This document shows, piece by piece, positions 13,501 through 24,127 of a DNA stretch of 47,160 nt. The DNA is taken from positions 1-47,160 of the forward strand of contig JYFJ02003041.1 in assembly GCA_000934665.2 (NCBI GenBank), given 5' to 3'. A model generated the notes under the pieces. It did not search any database. It was not told the DNA's origin and saw only the letters and a program-made list of their open reading frames with translations. The translations under genes were made by a program, and so were the position numbers. Numbering within the stretch: the stretch's first letter is position 1; every line of letters begins with the position of its first letter. This DNA comes from Catajapyx aquilonaris (lineage: Eukaryota).

Positions 13501-15438
13501 CCCATTTTTCTTTAAGGACGCATGGTCGAGCGTGATGTTCGCCTTTCTATTGGAAAGAAATTACGTGGAACGCAAAAAAAAGAGGATGAAATCAGACCCC
13601 CCACTTGAGTTTTTCACGGATCAAAATGCAGGCTGCATATTCCCCCAAATTATAGCCATGATGACGTGCGAATGTCGCAAGTGAATTTTCCGAGAAAGCG
13701 GGATTTTTTTGATGGTAAAGACAGCTCAAAGGGCTGAGCATGGCTTGATTCTGTAATGGTCTGGGTGTTTGTCCCCCCGGCCGGTGCTTCACTTTTTGGT
13801 CCGCCCCCGCTCGCTCGTCCACAGCACCCCCCCTCCCCCTGCTGGCCCCTGCCATCGCCTCGCCGCCGGCCCCTGCCAACAGGGAAGGTACAGTACTTGC
13901 TTGCCCTAACAGTACACCTCTTCTTACCTTTCACCTGGTTGCTGGCCCTACCTAATCCGCTTGTGCTTTTGCGATCTTATGGTCAATGTCAGCTGTGCAT
14001 CTTGTCCCACCTTTTGCCCTTTCTTATGTGTGTTGTGTGTTGTGTGTTGTGTGTGGGGTGGGGATAAGCATTGTGCACCTCTGCCTTTAGGTAGTAATTT
14101 CGCGCTGAGAATGGTGAGTCGTTGCAGGATTAACGATGCGGTTGAGTAGTAGCAATCATTAATGCTTCCTCAACCAATCACAATCGATTTTTGCGTCTCA
14201 TTAAACGTAATTTAAGCACTGCTAAAAATAACGTATCCTCGATCCAGTCGAGCAGTAATTTGGGTTCCTCATTCACTGCTTCGTCTTTCTTAGTTCTCCA
14301 GCTTCAGTTGATAATCGTATTAGGACAGTTGAAAGACATTCTTTCATGGCTCGTTGCAACTGCTGAGCCATCCCAGTGACCTTGTGTACGTCCAAGTATT
14401 ATGTAGTGTCGAATTATTACAGCCATCGCAACAACTGCCACCTTCGGATGAATAATTCAGTTGTTTTTGACAAAATAAGACATTCTCAATGCCAGTACTG
14501 CAATCGATCAGTAAGACCATACGGAGTGTACCAAAAGTATACAGTAACATACTTGTCTTGGTCCAAGGTTACACTCGTGTTTATGTTTTATTAGGATCGT
14601 CACGTCGCAAAAGTGATCGATAAATTTTTCAGCGGACTTTTGCTGCACTCCGTAGAACCCTATTGAGTGCCATCAATAGATTTTTTTTGTCAAAGTTCCA
14701 GCTACAAAAAATTCTATACTAAGCAGTATTGATTTGTTCGTCTGCTCATCCAAACCGAACGAACTGACACCGTAATTCTTATCGGATTCTCTCAAGTCAG
14801 TGTCTCCTTTTAGGATATTTCCCATGGTAAGAGAATTTTTACTTCAACCAGTACCTTGTAATGCCAGTGTTGCCTGTGCTCTCAAATGAATCATTCCCAC
14901 TCTCGTCGCGTACAACTTGTTGTGCCACGTTTCCTTTCCGATGCAAATAGTAATCGTTAAAAAGCAATCCATCTGGCTCAATCTCGAGCAAGTGCTGTAA
15001 CTTGTCATGATATTGATCTATTTCCGACTTGAAAGTCTTCACATCGCCTAACTTGTCAAGCGTAACCATTTCGAAATGACACTAGAAGCCCAGAGGAGCT
15101 CAGCAATGGGTTCCAGCCCGTACCCAATTCTTCTTTCTTTGTCCATGTTGTTTTCATCTTTCAAGGTTTGCCAGAGTTGCTTGGCTAGTGTCTCACCAAA
15201 ATGCAGGTGTCACGAAAGTCCTTGTGTTATAATGTACTGTATACAGTTACCTGCCCTCTAATATACTGGACTCTGAATCACGTGTGCACAAAGGCTTTTG
15301 TGATACCCTTACTCAAGGTGATCAAGCTAGTCCTTAGCAATATTTGTTTTGCTGTCTTTGTGTTAATCTGTCCTGCCATTTGTTCCCGGCTTAACAATAT
15401 GATGTGGGAGTGTGTGTGGGTGTGTGTGGGAGAGAGAG

Positions 15439-15499
<61 letters not shown>

Positions 15500-16622
15500 A
15501 ACCAGGAAAGTGTGAGCAACACAGAACCACTTTTCTCGGAATTCCCATATCTTTTTCGTCTAGGTTGCTCCATCTCCGGGCCTGAAGGCTGCAACCTCTT
15601 CATCTACCACTTGCCACAGGAGTTTGGCGACGCCGAGTTGATGCAGATGTTCTTGCCCTTCGGAAACGTCATTAGCTCCAAGGTGTTCATCGACAGGGCC
15701 ACCAACCAGAGCAAATGCTTTGGTACGTTTCTTCTTATTAAACTTTAGTCTTGGGGTGGTTTCTGTCTCAGGAAGAGTGACCTTTGGGCCTTACTAATGT
15801 TCTGACTTCGGACGTTACATAAACACCGGTTTTGAAAAGAAATGCAACCGCTCCAATTCCGTGATTAGGCCGGGAATGTTTACATAATTGGGATTGTATC
15901 CACGGTGGGGGACTCTCGACGGGAAATAAATAAGCCCATTTTTCAGTCGCTCATACCGGAACATGAATTACAGAGTGGATCAAGAACAGTGATAGGTCTC
16001 AGGATAGGAAATTTTATTGGAGTTGATCTTCCGGTAACTACTAAGGCTAAGTTCATCTGCCGGAAAGAAACAATCACATTACTTGGAAAATCGCCCAACT
16101 TTGATCCAACCTGACAAATCCAAAGTTAAGCGATCAATATAGGGTTACTGGGACATAAATTTTTACAACCAGAACTTTTGTGATCAACCCTTATGGCTTG
16201 GACTCAGTATCTCTGGTCCTTCCCAACCGACTAAAATCCCAAAACAGTAACTGGCGAGACCTGTCCGTGGTGTCAAACAGTCCCAGTACATCGACAGTCT
16301 ACAAACTCAATTCCACCTTCCCCTGATGGGACAGCCAACCGACTGATGAAGCGACACGAAAGCTTGAGAGGAAAAAAAAAAGTTCTGGACAACCTGAAGC
16401 TTCTTGTGGTCTCTGATGTGGGGATGGTTGGGGCAACAAGTTGTTCATCTGCTTGACTTTGGGGGCTGCATTTTTTTGTTCTTCTTCTGCGCAGGTTTCG
16501 TGAGCTTCGACAACCCGGCCAGCGCGCAGGCGGCCATCCAAGCCATGAACGGGTTCCAGATCGGCATGAAGCGGCTGAAGGTTCAGCTGAAGAGACCCAA
16601 AGATGCCAGCCGGCCATATTGA
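228..16622 (+). CDS. CELF4: CUGBP Elav-like family (CELF3-6 / bruno-3 type) RNA-binding protein, 5'-partial; join(228-356,780-859,922-1065,1176-1314,6295-6474,10406-10483,13825-13887,15564-15722,16495-16622)
   Basis: RRM2 ([23 protein letters not shown]...[54 protein letters not shown]) and RRM3 ([90 protein letters not shown]) match the CELF3-6 subfamily. All junctions are GT-AG and the phases join into one frame. RRM1 exons lie upstream of the window. Confidence 0.95.
487..541 (+). repeat. (GGAT/GGAA)n tetranucleotide repeat
   Basis: Direct reading. Confidence 0.8.
780..859 (+). CDS. CELF4: CELF coding exon (RRM2 RNP1)
   Basis: cattgcag|GC TGC GCC TTT GTC AAG ... ATG CCG|gtgagc. Confidence 0.93.
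922..1065 (+). CDS. CELF4: CELF coding exon (end of RRM2)
   Basis: ctgcag|GGC GCC TCG TCG AGC CTG ... GCG CAG|gtggac; follows a 62-nt intron. Confidence 0.92.
1176..1314 (+). CDS. CELF4: CELF coding exon (divergent linker)
   Basis: ccgcag|TTC ATG CAG CAG CAG ... ACC TCG G|gtgcgt; [12 protein letters not shown]...VVPPTSG is typical CELF3-6 linker. Confidence 0.9.
5058..5582. mobile_element. Degenerate MITE (Harbinger-like end ...TGGCCC)
   Basis: ATTCAGAAAC...GGAATATAAGGAC on the left versus GTCCTTATATCCC...GTTTCTGAATATGGCCC on the right; multiple GGAATA/TATTCC subrepeats. Confidence 0.45.
5776..6075 (+). mobile_element. tRNA-derived SINE with V-domain-like core and (ATT)n tail
   Basis: A-box-like GGTGGTGTAGTGG; core GCGTGGGTTTTCTCGGGGTTCTCCCGTTTCCTCCCACA resembles the V-SINE central domain; B box apparently deleted; related copy near 27 kb. 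Confidence 0.75.
5993..6075 (+). repeat. (ATT)n microsatellite (SINE tail)
   Basis: Direct reading; explains the poly-I and poly-L ORFs. Confidence 0.95.
6295..6474 (+). CDS. CELF4: CELF coding exon (divergent linker)
   Basis: gtccag|GG GCT GGC ... CCC GCG C|gtgagt; GC-rich, 180 nt, phase 1-1; ...QTPNGQ...[12 protein letters not shown]. Confidence 0.87.
7461..7527 (+). repeat. (CTA)n microsatellite
   Basis: Direct reading. Confidence 0.95.
10406..10483 (+). CDS. CELF4: CELF coding exon (divergent linker)
   Basis: tttacag|CA CAG GCG CTG CCC AAC ... GGT GTG G|gtacgt; 78 nt, phase 1-1; [25 protein letters not shown]. Confidence 0.83.
12860..13125 (-). pseudogene. Decayed LTR-retrotransposon integrase (rve) fragment
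   Basis: Frameshifted [12 protein letters not shown]...RVS / [15 protein letters not shown]...[13 protein letters not shown] resembles the integrase core pattern EAxPLxxxTA...GIxHxxSAPYHP. Confidence 0.45.
13825..13887 (+). CDS. CELF4: CELF coding exon (linker end, ...NREG); frame not listed in the ORF track
   Basis: gtccacag|CA CCC CCC CTC ... AAC AGG GAA G|gtacag; 63 nt, phase 1-1; [22 protein letters not shown] supplies the REG motif that precedes RRM3 in CELF proteins. Confidence 0.75.
15410..15496 (+). repeat. (GT)n followed by (GA)n microsatellite upstream of the RRM3 exon
   Basis: Direct reading. Confidence 0.9.
15564..15722 (+). CDS. CELF4: CELF coding exon (RRM3 first half)
   Basis: cgtctag|GT TGC TCC ATC TCC GGG CCT GAA ... 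TGC TTT G|gtacgt. Confidence 0.93.
15845..16400 (+). mobile_element. Possible Penelope-like relic (GIY-YIG remnant plus minimal hammerhead-like motif)
   Basis: GNVYIIG...[12 protein letters not shown]...[14 protein letters not shown] loosely fits Penelope endonuclease motifs; followed by CTGATGA-N8-GAAAGCTT at 16343-16365. Confidence 0.35.
16495..16622 (+). CDS. CELF4: CELF last coding exon (RRM3 second half, TGA at 16620-16622)
   Basis: tgcgcag|GT TTC GTG AGC ... CGG CCA TAT TGA; the exon continues to a CAG|gtgagt donor after 16634. Confidence 0.93.
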
Positions 16623-18790
16623 GGGTGGAGGCAGGTGAGTCATCACACAGAACCCTCATGGTACAACATGCTGGCTGCATGACACAGATTTTTAAAATGC
16701 AAAACTATAGCCATTGATTTTTAGTTATTACCAAATGGAACATAAGGGCATCTCATTTCACATCCATTTTGAATTCTGCCAGTACAGTAACTCATTTTAG
16801 TCGGGTGCGGTGTGCCGTGCGTACGCGGGAGCTGTAATTGAGTGTCGTGCCCTATTTTTCACTGTCAGGACTCTTCTGGCTCGGATACTGCACACGAGAG
16901 TTGATTTGGAACAAAGCGCTCTCAAATTGTTTCCTTATTGCAGGAGTTATAGTTGAAAAGCGTGGATATTGTTGTGCTAGAGCAGCAACGAGCAAATTAT
17001 TTACGCTCATCCAGATTGGTGAAATGAACTCTGAAACAGATGCCAAATTTTTTTTTGAACGGTGTTTGAAACGCTGCCAGGCGTTTATCAGAACTACAAT
17101 ACTCGGAGTATATCATGACACCACTAATGCAAAAATTCATCAGCCGCTTGCACTTTGTTCTCAAGTTAATCAATTACAAGTGGAAGCACGCAATATCTCG
17201 CTTAACCCCGGAATTTCACTCCGTTACTTCACTATACGAAACACAGTAAAATGGAATGACAAAAGTTATAAAATGTCGGGGTTCAGTTTGGCCATGTAGA
17301 ACTTGCAACAGTGGCTTCTGTACAGCAATAATGAGACATCAGATCCTAACTGCATGAAGAACGTGCTTACTGGATGATGGGTACATGACTGCAGATGCAT
17401 CTTTGCTGTCGTCCTTGAAGTCGCGAAAATATCACCGAAACTGTATAACACCCAACGGAATATAATATCACCGCAACAATTACGGATAACGTGGTTTCGC
17501 TCGGAGATGACGTGCACGCTTTGGGGACACTATCTGGGAGCCCGTTATTAACTTGACACCCAAGTGGGACTACTTGATACCATCGGAGCTAGGCTTGTAC
17601 CTATACCGTATTATATGCTGCTTCCCCGCCTACCCCGTTTTACCCAACTCTCCCCTACAATATTACTTACAAACTCAATCGGAAGGACGCATTTGGGATA
17701 ACAAGGTTTGCACCCACTCCAATTTACCGAACCTGATTTCAGAGGAGTTGGGAAATATACAATGGTAGACCGAGTTCTTTTATTCACAGCACCAGTTTTT
17801 CTACAGGGTTACAACAAGCCTTTTTTGCTCCAAAAGGACTCTTGCTGGGCGGTCAAGTTGATATGCTACCGATCGGGATCAGATATGTTTTCATTACGGG
17901 CTCTTGTGGATACCTGGGGTGCTCTAGAATCAAGGTTGCGATTTTAAAAAATATAAGCCTGTAGGGTCCCACACAAGAGCATTACAGTAGTTTTCCGACT
18001 CCGTTTTTAGTAGTCCCATACGGGTTGTATTCAGTTTCCTTTACCCATACACGTCATAGAACTTGCCAACGAGCAGTAAATGGTTCCATACGCATGCATA
18101 CGAGAAGTATACAGTGGAGCAGGCAGGGAAAGCTGAGGATTGTGTAGTTGGACATTAATGGTTCGAATACGAGTGTAGCGTCGCTCCAGTTCACATTTCT
18201 GTCATCACTGAATTTTAAAATAAAATTTAATGACGGAATTGTTAGACTATATGAACATTGCGATGTGTCTTTTGCTCACGACACGACGGTCAGCCTGGTG
18301 ATAACATGACATCAGTAATAAACTTAGGTTCAGAGAGGAGAGAAAATCTGTTACATAACTTTCCCCATAAGTATAATCTGCTTTCCGTGAAATGTATTTA
18401 GCGTGCCTTGCTCGAGCAGTTTCAATTTCTTTGAAAGCATGACGTCAGGATTGTTGGAGCACCGCACCCACTCGGACGTCGAAATTTCCGCCACCCATCT
18501 GATATGCTTTTTTATGAGCGTGGCACGTCATTAAAGCGACCCAATCTCTTCTCTTGTCTTACCGCGTGATGTAACCCCGCTGCGCTTAATTGGAAATTAT
18601 GGGAATGGCCTTAAGGGCAATCTGTAATTATTGTGTGTGTCTTTTTACCCGTCACGAAAGTTTTTTGATTACATCACGGTTAGTAAATGTTACGTATGTC
18701 AAGGCCAGCTTGTTTACGACGTGCGAGTCAGTGTGATTGTGTTATTTCTGGTTGATGTGAGATGGCTAATGAGTGCAACTGTTGTCACAG

Positions 18791-21155
18791 GCGGCGGCGG
18801 CCAGCGCAGCCTCCAACGGCGGCGATGGCGCTGGCGGCGTCGGAGACGTCGGCGGCGTCGCCTGTCCCCTCTTGATCCCATACACCCCTCAATACCCTCT
18901 CCCCACATACTCCCTCCCAGTCTCCTTCTCCCAAACCAAACAAAGCAACCCCTGTAGTGAAATCCCTTTAGCGCTTGTAGAGTAGGCGAGGCAGCAGCGG
19001 ACATGAATGACGGATCATAAAAAGAAAGAGGGGGAGGAGGAAGGAGAGATGAAGACGAAGAAGACGAAGAAGCTGACGACGAAGAGGAGTAAAGAAGCGG
19101 AAGCAGAAGAGGAAATCGTATTTATTATTGCCCAATCGGGACATGCGCGAGATGCTAATTAAGTAAGCAATATATAAGCGAGCGTTCAATTCTGGCCCTC
19201 CCCCCAGTAGCTGCGAATCAGGGGAGCGCTTGCCGCAACAATGCAGCCAGCAACAATGGAGCTTGAGAGTGGTGAGGGGGGAGAGGGAACGACGTTCTCC
19301 TTTCTTTGTTAGCATGTAGGAAAAATATGGCCCTCCACGGATGGTAGCCAGCAGCGTTACATTATCACTCTGTTAAAAAGGGCTGCTGACTGGCTTCCGT
19401 CACACGGGGCCCGACCTTTTTTCGCCTCTCTCGAGGGCCAGTGTACATAAAAACACACCTAACGATGACCGAAATGTCACCATAACCCTACCCCCCCCCC
19501 TCCAGTTATAACCCCTTAATTTATTTATTTATTGTTTATTTATTTAATTATTTATTTATGGGTTCCTCTGGACAATTTTTCGGGTACTGTAGAGACGACA
19601 AAGAACGGTTCCCTTTCTCCCACTCCGCCCATACAACATAAAGAAAAAGAAGAAAAAGAAAAATGGTAGCGATACATTTTTTTGTCGTAGGCCTGCCTTT
19701 GTTGGCCAGGTGAGATTGATCTAGTGTATAGTAGTGGCCCTTCCTCGGCCCCCTTTCGGGGCGGGCGATTATTCCCACCGCCACAAGTGCAGTGCGGGTG
19801 CCGCCGACAACTACTGTACGCCAGCGGCCAAGACAACACTAGCCTATATTCATATTCATATTAATTTATTTATTATGGAGAAAAAAAAAATAAGCAAAGG
19901 CAGGGCCGCACCGGGTGCCAAACGCGCCGTCATTACTTATTTATACCCCGCTATTTCTTATCAGTACTTAGAAGATGAGGAGCGAACGAGTACCTTAAAA
20001 AATCATTACTAAATAATAAAAAAACATACACAACACACATATACGAAGCATATATATAAATAATATATATATAAATATAAAGTATATATTATCTACGAGG
20101 CGGACGGCGCCGGCGCGAAGGAAAGGATCTTGGGAAAATTTTGGGGAGTTTTGGGGGTAGAACGTGAGAAAAGGCAGTGTGTCAAACGGGAAGGGGGGGA
20201 AAGGGGGGGGGGGGTGATTTTTTAAAAAATCTGCCATTACTAAGTGTAAATCCGCCCACACGAGCGATTTTGGGGCTTGGGTACAATGTTTTCCGAGTGC
20301 TTTAGTTATTTAATATTACGACAAGGGTGATTCTTTTACTAGGGTGGAGGGGGGGTGGACGGATGGTTGGTGGTGGGATGGTTAATGAGAAGGGGGATAG
20401 GGGGCAGGGGGGTGGGATGGTTGGGTAAGAAGCATTTTTGAGAAGGGGTGGGCCGTGCGCAGGCGCCGTGGGACCAAAGCTCGAGGGCAGCTGCACGCGC
20501 CCGACGCACGGCCAAACCTTCCGCCGGCGCTGCGTTTTTTTTTGGCGTTTCTACTTAGGAATATTTGGGGATAACCCCCCAAGTGGGGGGCGCATGGGTG
20601 GGGTGGGATTTCAAACTAAAAAAAAAATACAACCATTCAACAGGGCCCTGACGTCACCAGCCCACAAAGCATATCAGGGGGGGTTGGGAAGGGTGGGTGG
20701 GGGATGGGTGGACCCTACGGAGAGGGGAGTGGGGGAAGGGGGGATAAAATATATAGATTATATAATTATTTAAAACAAAATGGGGGGTGCCCCTGTGCCA
20801 AAGACCGACCTTGGCACCCTCCACCAGATTTTGCCAATCAACATCCACTCCCCTCTCCGGATCAGTCATCCATCGCTTTTTAGACACGTATCATTCTTGA
20901 TTTCATCTTTGTCCAAAAATCAGACCAGCTTTCTGCACTAATACGGACTTCTCGGAGGGCGAAATTCATTGTTCTAGCTTTTTTGAGACACTGGGGGAGG
21001 AAGGTGACGTCATGGCTCTGGTAACAGGCAGCGCACACGTGACTGAACGTACCGGTCCACGTGTGTGAGTGTTGTGGGGAGGGGAAGGGAAGCCAACCAA
21101 CAATAAAATACCGCAGCACAACAAATTGTCTGTCGGAAAGGAAACCATAAATAAA
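18791..21155 (+). other. Probable terminal (3' UTR) exon of the CELF gene
   Basis: Acceptor gttgtcacag| at 18790 is the best candidate partner for the donor at 16635. Downstream is low-complexity UTR-like sequence with a TGTACATA element (19442-19449), ATTTA repeats (~19519-19558), G-runs and AATAAA at 20015, 21102 and 21150. The 3' end is uncertain. Confidence 0.55.
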
Positions 21156-22928
21156 GAAAGCGAAAACCAAAGTCGAAAAGGGTGTGCTTCTTATTTTTGT
21201 GGCCCTTGATCCACAGGTGCACGCCATTCTCCTCGTCGCAGATGCCACAAAAAGGTAGGTTAATATCTCACCGAATCACATTTGTAGAAACAAGAGCAGA
21301 CCTGTGATTTTTTTTTAAAATTTATAAAGTTAGCTTGTATACCATCAGCACCAAGACACACATAATACATGTGACGTATGTGTAGCACTTTTCACATAAT
21401 AATTCTCCTCTAAAGATGTGTTCCCACGAATGAGCCATCGCACCGGTTCGTGACAATTATTGATGTTATTAGATTGTCAAAAAGTAATTTTAACGGCCTA
21501 CGTTAAACTTGCCCATTCTCTGACCGGGGCAAAAGAAAGCTGTTTTCTCAGATACGTAAAGCCATTATAACGCCCATAATAATTATGCAGATAACGTAAG
21601 CACGTTGCAATCTCAAATTCGTAAGAACATAGCTGGAATCGGATGTATGCCTGAAGGATAATCGCACAGATTATATCCTGATTTTCTTGACATTGTTAGG
21701 ACATAAAATGGTTGTTAAGGATAATTTTAAGCAGAATACCACACAGACGGCCATAATATTATTATAGCAGGAAAATCTTTTTAGGCTATTTTGCTCAGTC
21801 AGACCCCTGTACCATACGTGCAGCAGCGTTCTACGTTTCTGACAGTGAGGCTTCTCGCTATAATGAGTTGTTCCTTATGAAAGTGCAATCATTGATCAGG
21901 GCTCCAAGGAGGATATACTTTCAAGGTAGTCACTCACTAATCTTGTCAGACAAAAGCAGCATGCTTAGACTCAGTGCTGGTGCAAAGGTGGATTAAGGAA
22001 TATGCAGCACGATTTCTGAAGCATGTCTTGTCTGAGGAACCTTCAAAAAGAGCTCAAATCTGGACAAGAATGGTAGCGCTGTCAGTTTCGACGTCATTGT
22101 CCACCATCTTTGATCGTAAATTTGTGAACTCTCTTTTGTCACAACCCGACAGAGGCGCTTTTTTTTGAGCCGCCCAAAGCCGACCTATGTCCATTAGCGC
22201 TGACGTTCGAAGCAAGCTCCGTCCCCCCAAATCAATCCATCATTGAATATCGGTCGGAAATTTAGAATCCTCTCCATTGTGGGTCGTCAGACCTTTTATA
22301 CTGTAGTAGTGGTGGGTTTGTGCATTGTTAGAGTGCTGGGTAATCCTTATTATTATCGCTACTGATACACACCACAGTAAATCGTTAACATTCGTTAAAG
22401 TAGTTTGGATGAAGATACGCACATATGCTGTACATATAATTATATTAACTTGCATTGGACTACAACGTGCCCTTTCCCTGCATATAGCGAGTAGTCAGCT
22501 ATGATGAAGGAGATGAAAGTTACCTCAAATTATGAGGTAAAATATTAAACACATTCACTGCAATAAAATTAGCAATTAACCATCGCGCTCAATGTGAAAT
22601 ATACGAAATGTAATATTATGAAATATATCGTATCTTGAATGATCTAATTTCAAAATCAACAGCCTTCAGCTACTTAGTGGTTCTTAAAACTTTTTGCTGT
22701 CACACCTCCCTTGATAAGATCTCATGTCCCACACCTCTCATGTTTCCAGCCTTGAGGACGGAAGTTACTAATACTAGATCGTGACATAGTTCACTGTCAC
22801 TGGGCATTCTAGAATTTTGTGTACGTAAAATATGGATAAAACTCTTTCTAGTGAGGCAACGCACACCTCCCCTGAGGAGGCGTAACCCCACAGTTTAATA
22901 ACCCTGGAAGCTAATACAAGAAGCAATA

Positions 22929-23005
22929 GGGAGGCGGAGTGGTGCCGCGGTAACGTATGCGCCCACGGATGTTAAGGTCGCGGGTTCGATCCCAGCCCGG
23001 GGACC
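22929..23005 (+). mobile_element. tRNA-derived SINE head (or tRNA pseudogene)
   Basis: A-box-like TGGTGCCGCGG and B box GGTTCGATCCC at tRNA-like spacing; no clean cloverleaf. Confidence 0.55.
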
Positions 23006-24127
23006 CCCTTCATCTAGAGAAGAGTTAGGTCGTCTCTGGCTTCGTCTCGGGTGGATATTCATGTATTACTGAGACCAATCATACTGTAACATCTTCACTA
23101 AACTGGCAATCACTGTATGGTTTACCCTACACGAAAATTTACCAACGAGTTCAGTAAAAAGTCCAGCATATTTGTGGGGTGAAAACCCGAAAGGGAACAC
23201 TGGGTTCTAAGTAATGTGACGTACTGTAGGCTGTACTATACTTGTTGGAGCACGTGGTCTATCTCATCGTGATTATGCATGACGTATCCAAGATCCCAGC
23301 AGCATCCGCAATGCAAGTGTTTTTATGTGAGGATCCCCCTTATACGTATAAGTTATTAATGTTCCCTGAAACTACTTTAAATATTCGTCAGCCATCTCAT
23401 TAAAACATTCAATCATCATCAACTTTTCACTTTCAGTATTGGCATTGACTGTCATCAATCAATGCCAATACTGAAAATAAAAATGTTATGATTCAACGGA
23501 TGAAATACACCATATTTATTTTCACAGTAACTAATTGCTAATCACTTCTTAGTACACATTAGCGTTTGACGGGTAATTAGCAATCGCTACACTTTATCTC
23601 GGAACATCGCGTTCGCCAAACAATCCTCGCGTCCTCTATCCACTTCAGCTTTCAGGGACATCCCCTTAAGACATGTCGAATAATTCGATTCCGTGGGACG
23701 ACTATAACGGCTCTCCGATTCTTTGCCACCAACTCCAGAAAATGCCAGTGTTGTTCTCAAAGGCAGAACACGGTCACTTCCTTCCTCTCAGCATCCGCAA
23801 GCCTCATAAGAGAGACAATATAAGTGTTTCAAGCGGAACAATCCAGCATAAGCTTATAATTAAAACTCTGATAATAATGCTCAGCCTTGTCTCGATAATA
23901 CAGCCTGATCAAAAAGTCACACTACATTTTTTCTCCATATTAGTCTTAGTATTTATACACCGTGTAAATGAAATAAGTGCGCATTTTTTGAAGAAGGATA
24001 GAGTGACTCGAAAGAAACCTTTTTCGCCAATACACTCGGTGCCGTGGTTACCATAATATTGCTATGGTTACTAAGGGTATGACGTGTTTGTATATGACGC
24101 ATGACAAATCGTCGTTTTCTGACTTAA

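Noticed and set aside
16838..17299. 153-aa plus-strand ORF in the post-stop intron
   Set aside because: No ATG start or splice support; only a faint resemblance to LINE ORF2 C-termini, too weak to call.
16803..18469. 10-bp inverted repeat GGGTGCGGTG / CACCGCACCC as TIRs
   Set aside because: Too short, and no target-site duplication.
19030..19115. GAA/GAC-rich tract reading as an acidic peptide (DEDEEDEEADDEEE)
   Set aside because: Separated by stops from the CELF and extension frames; purine-rich low complexity.
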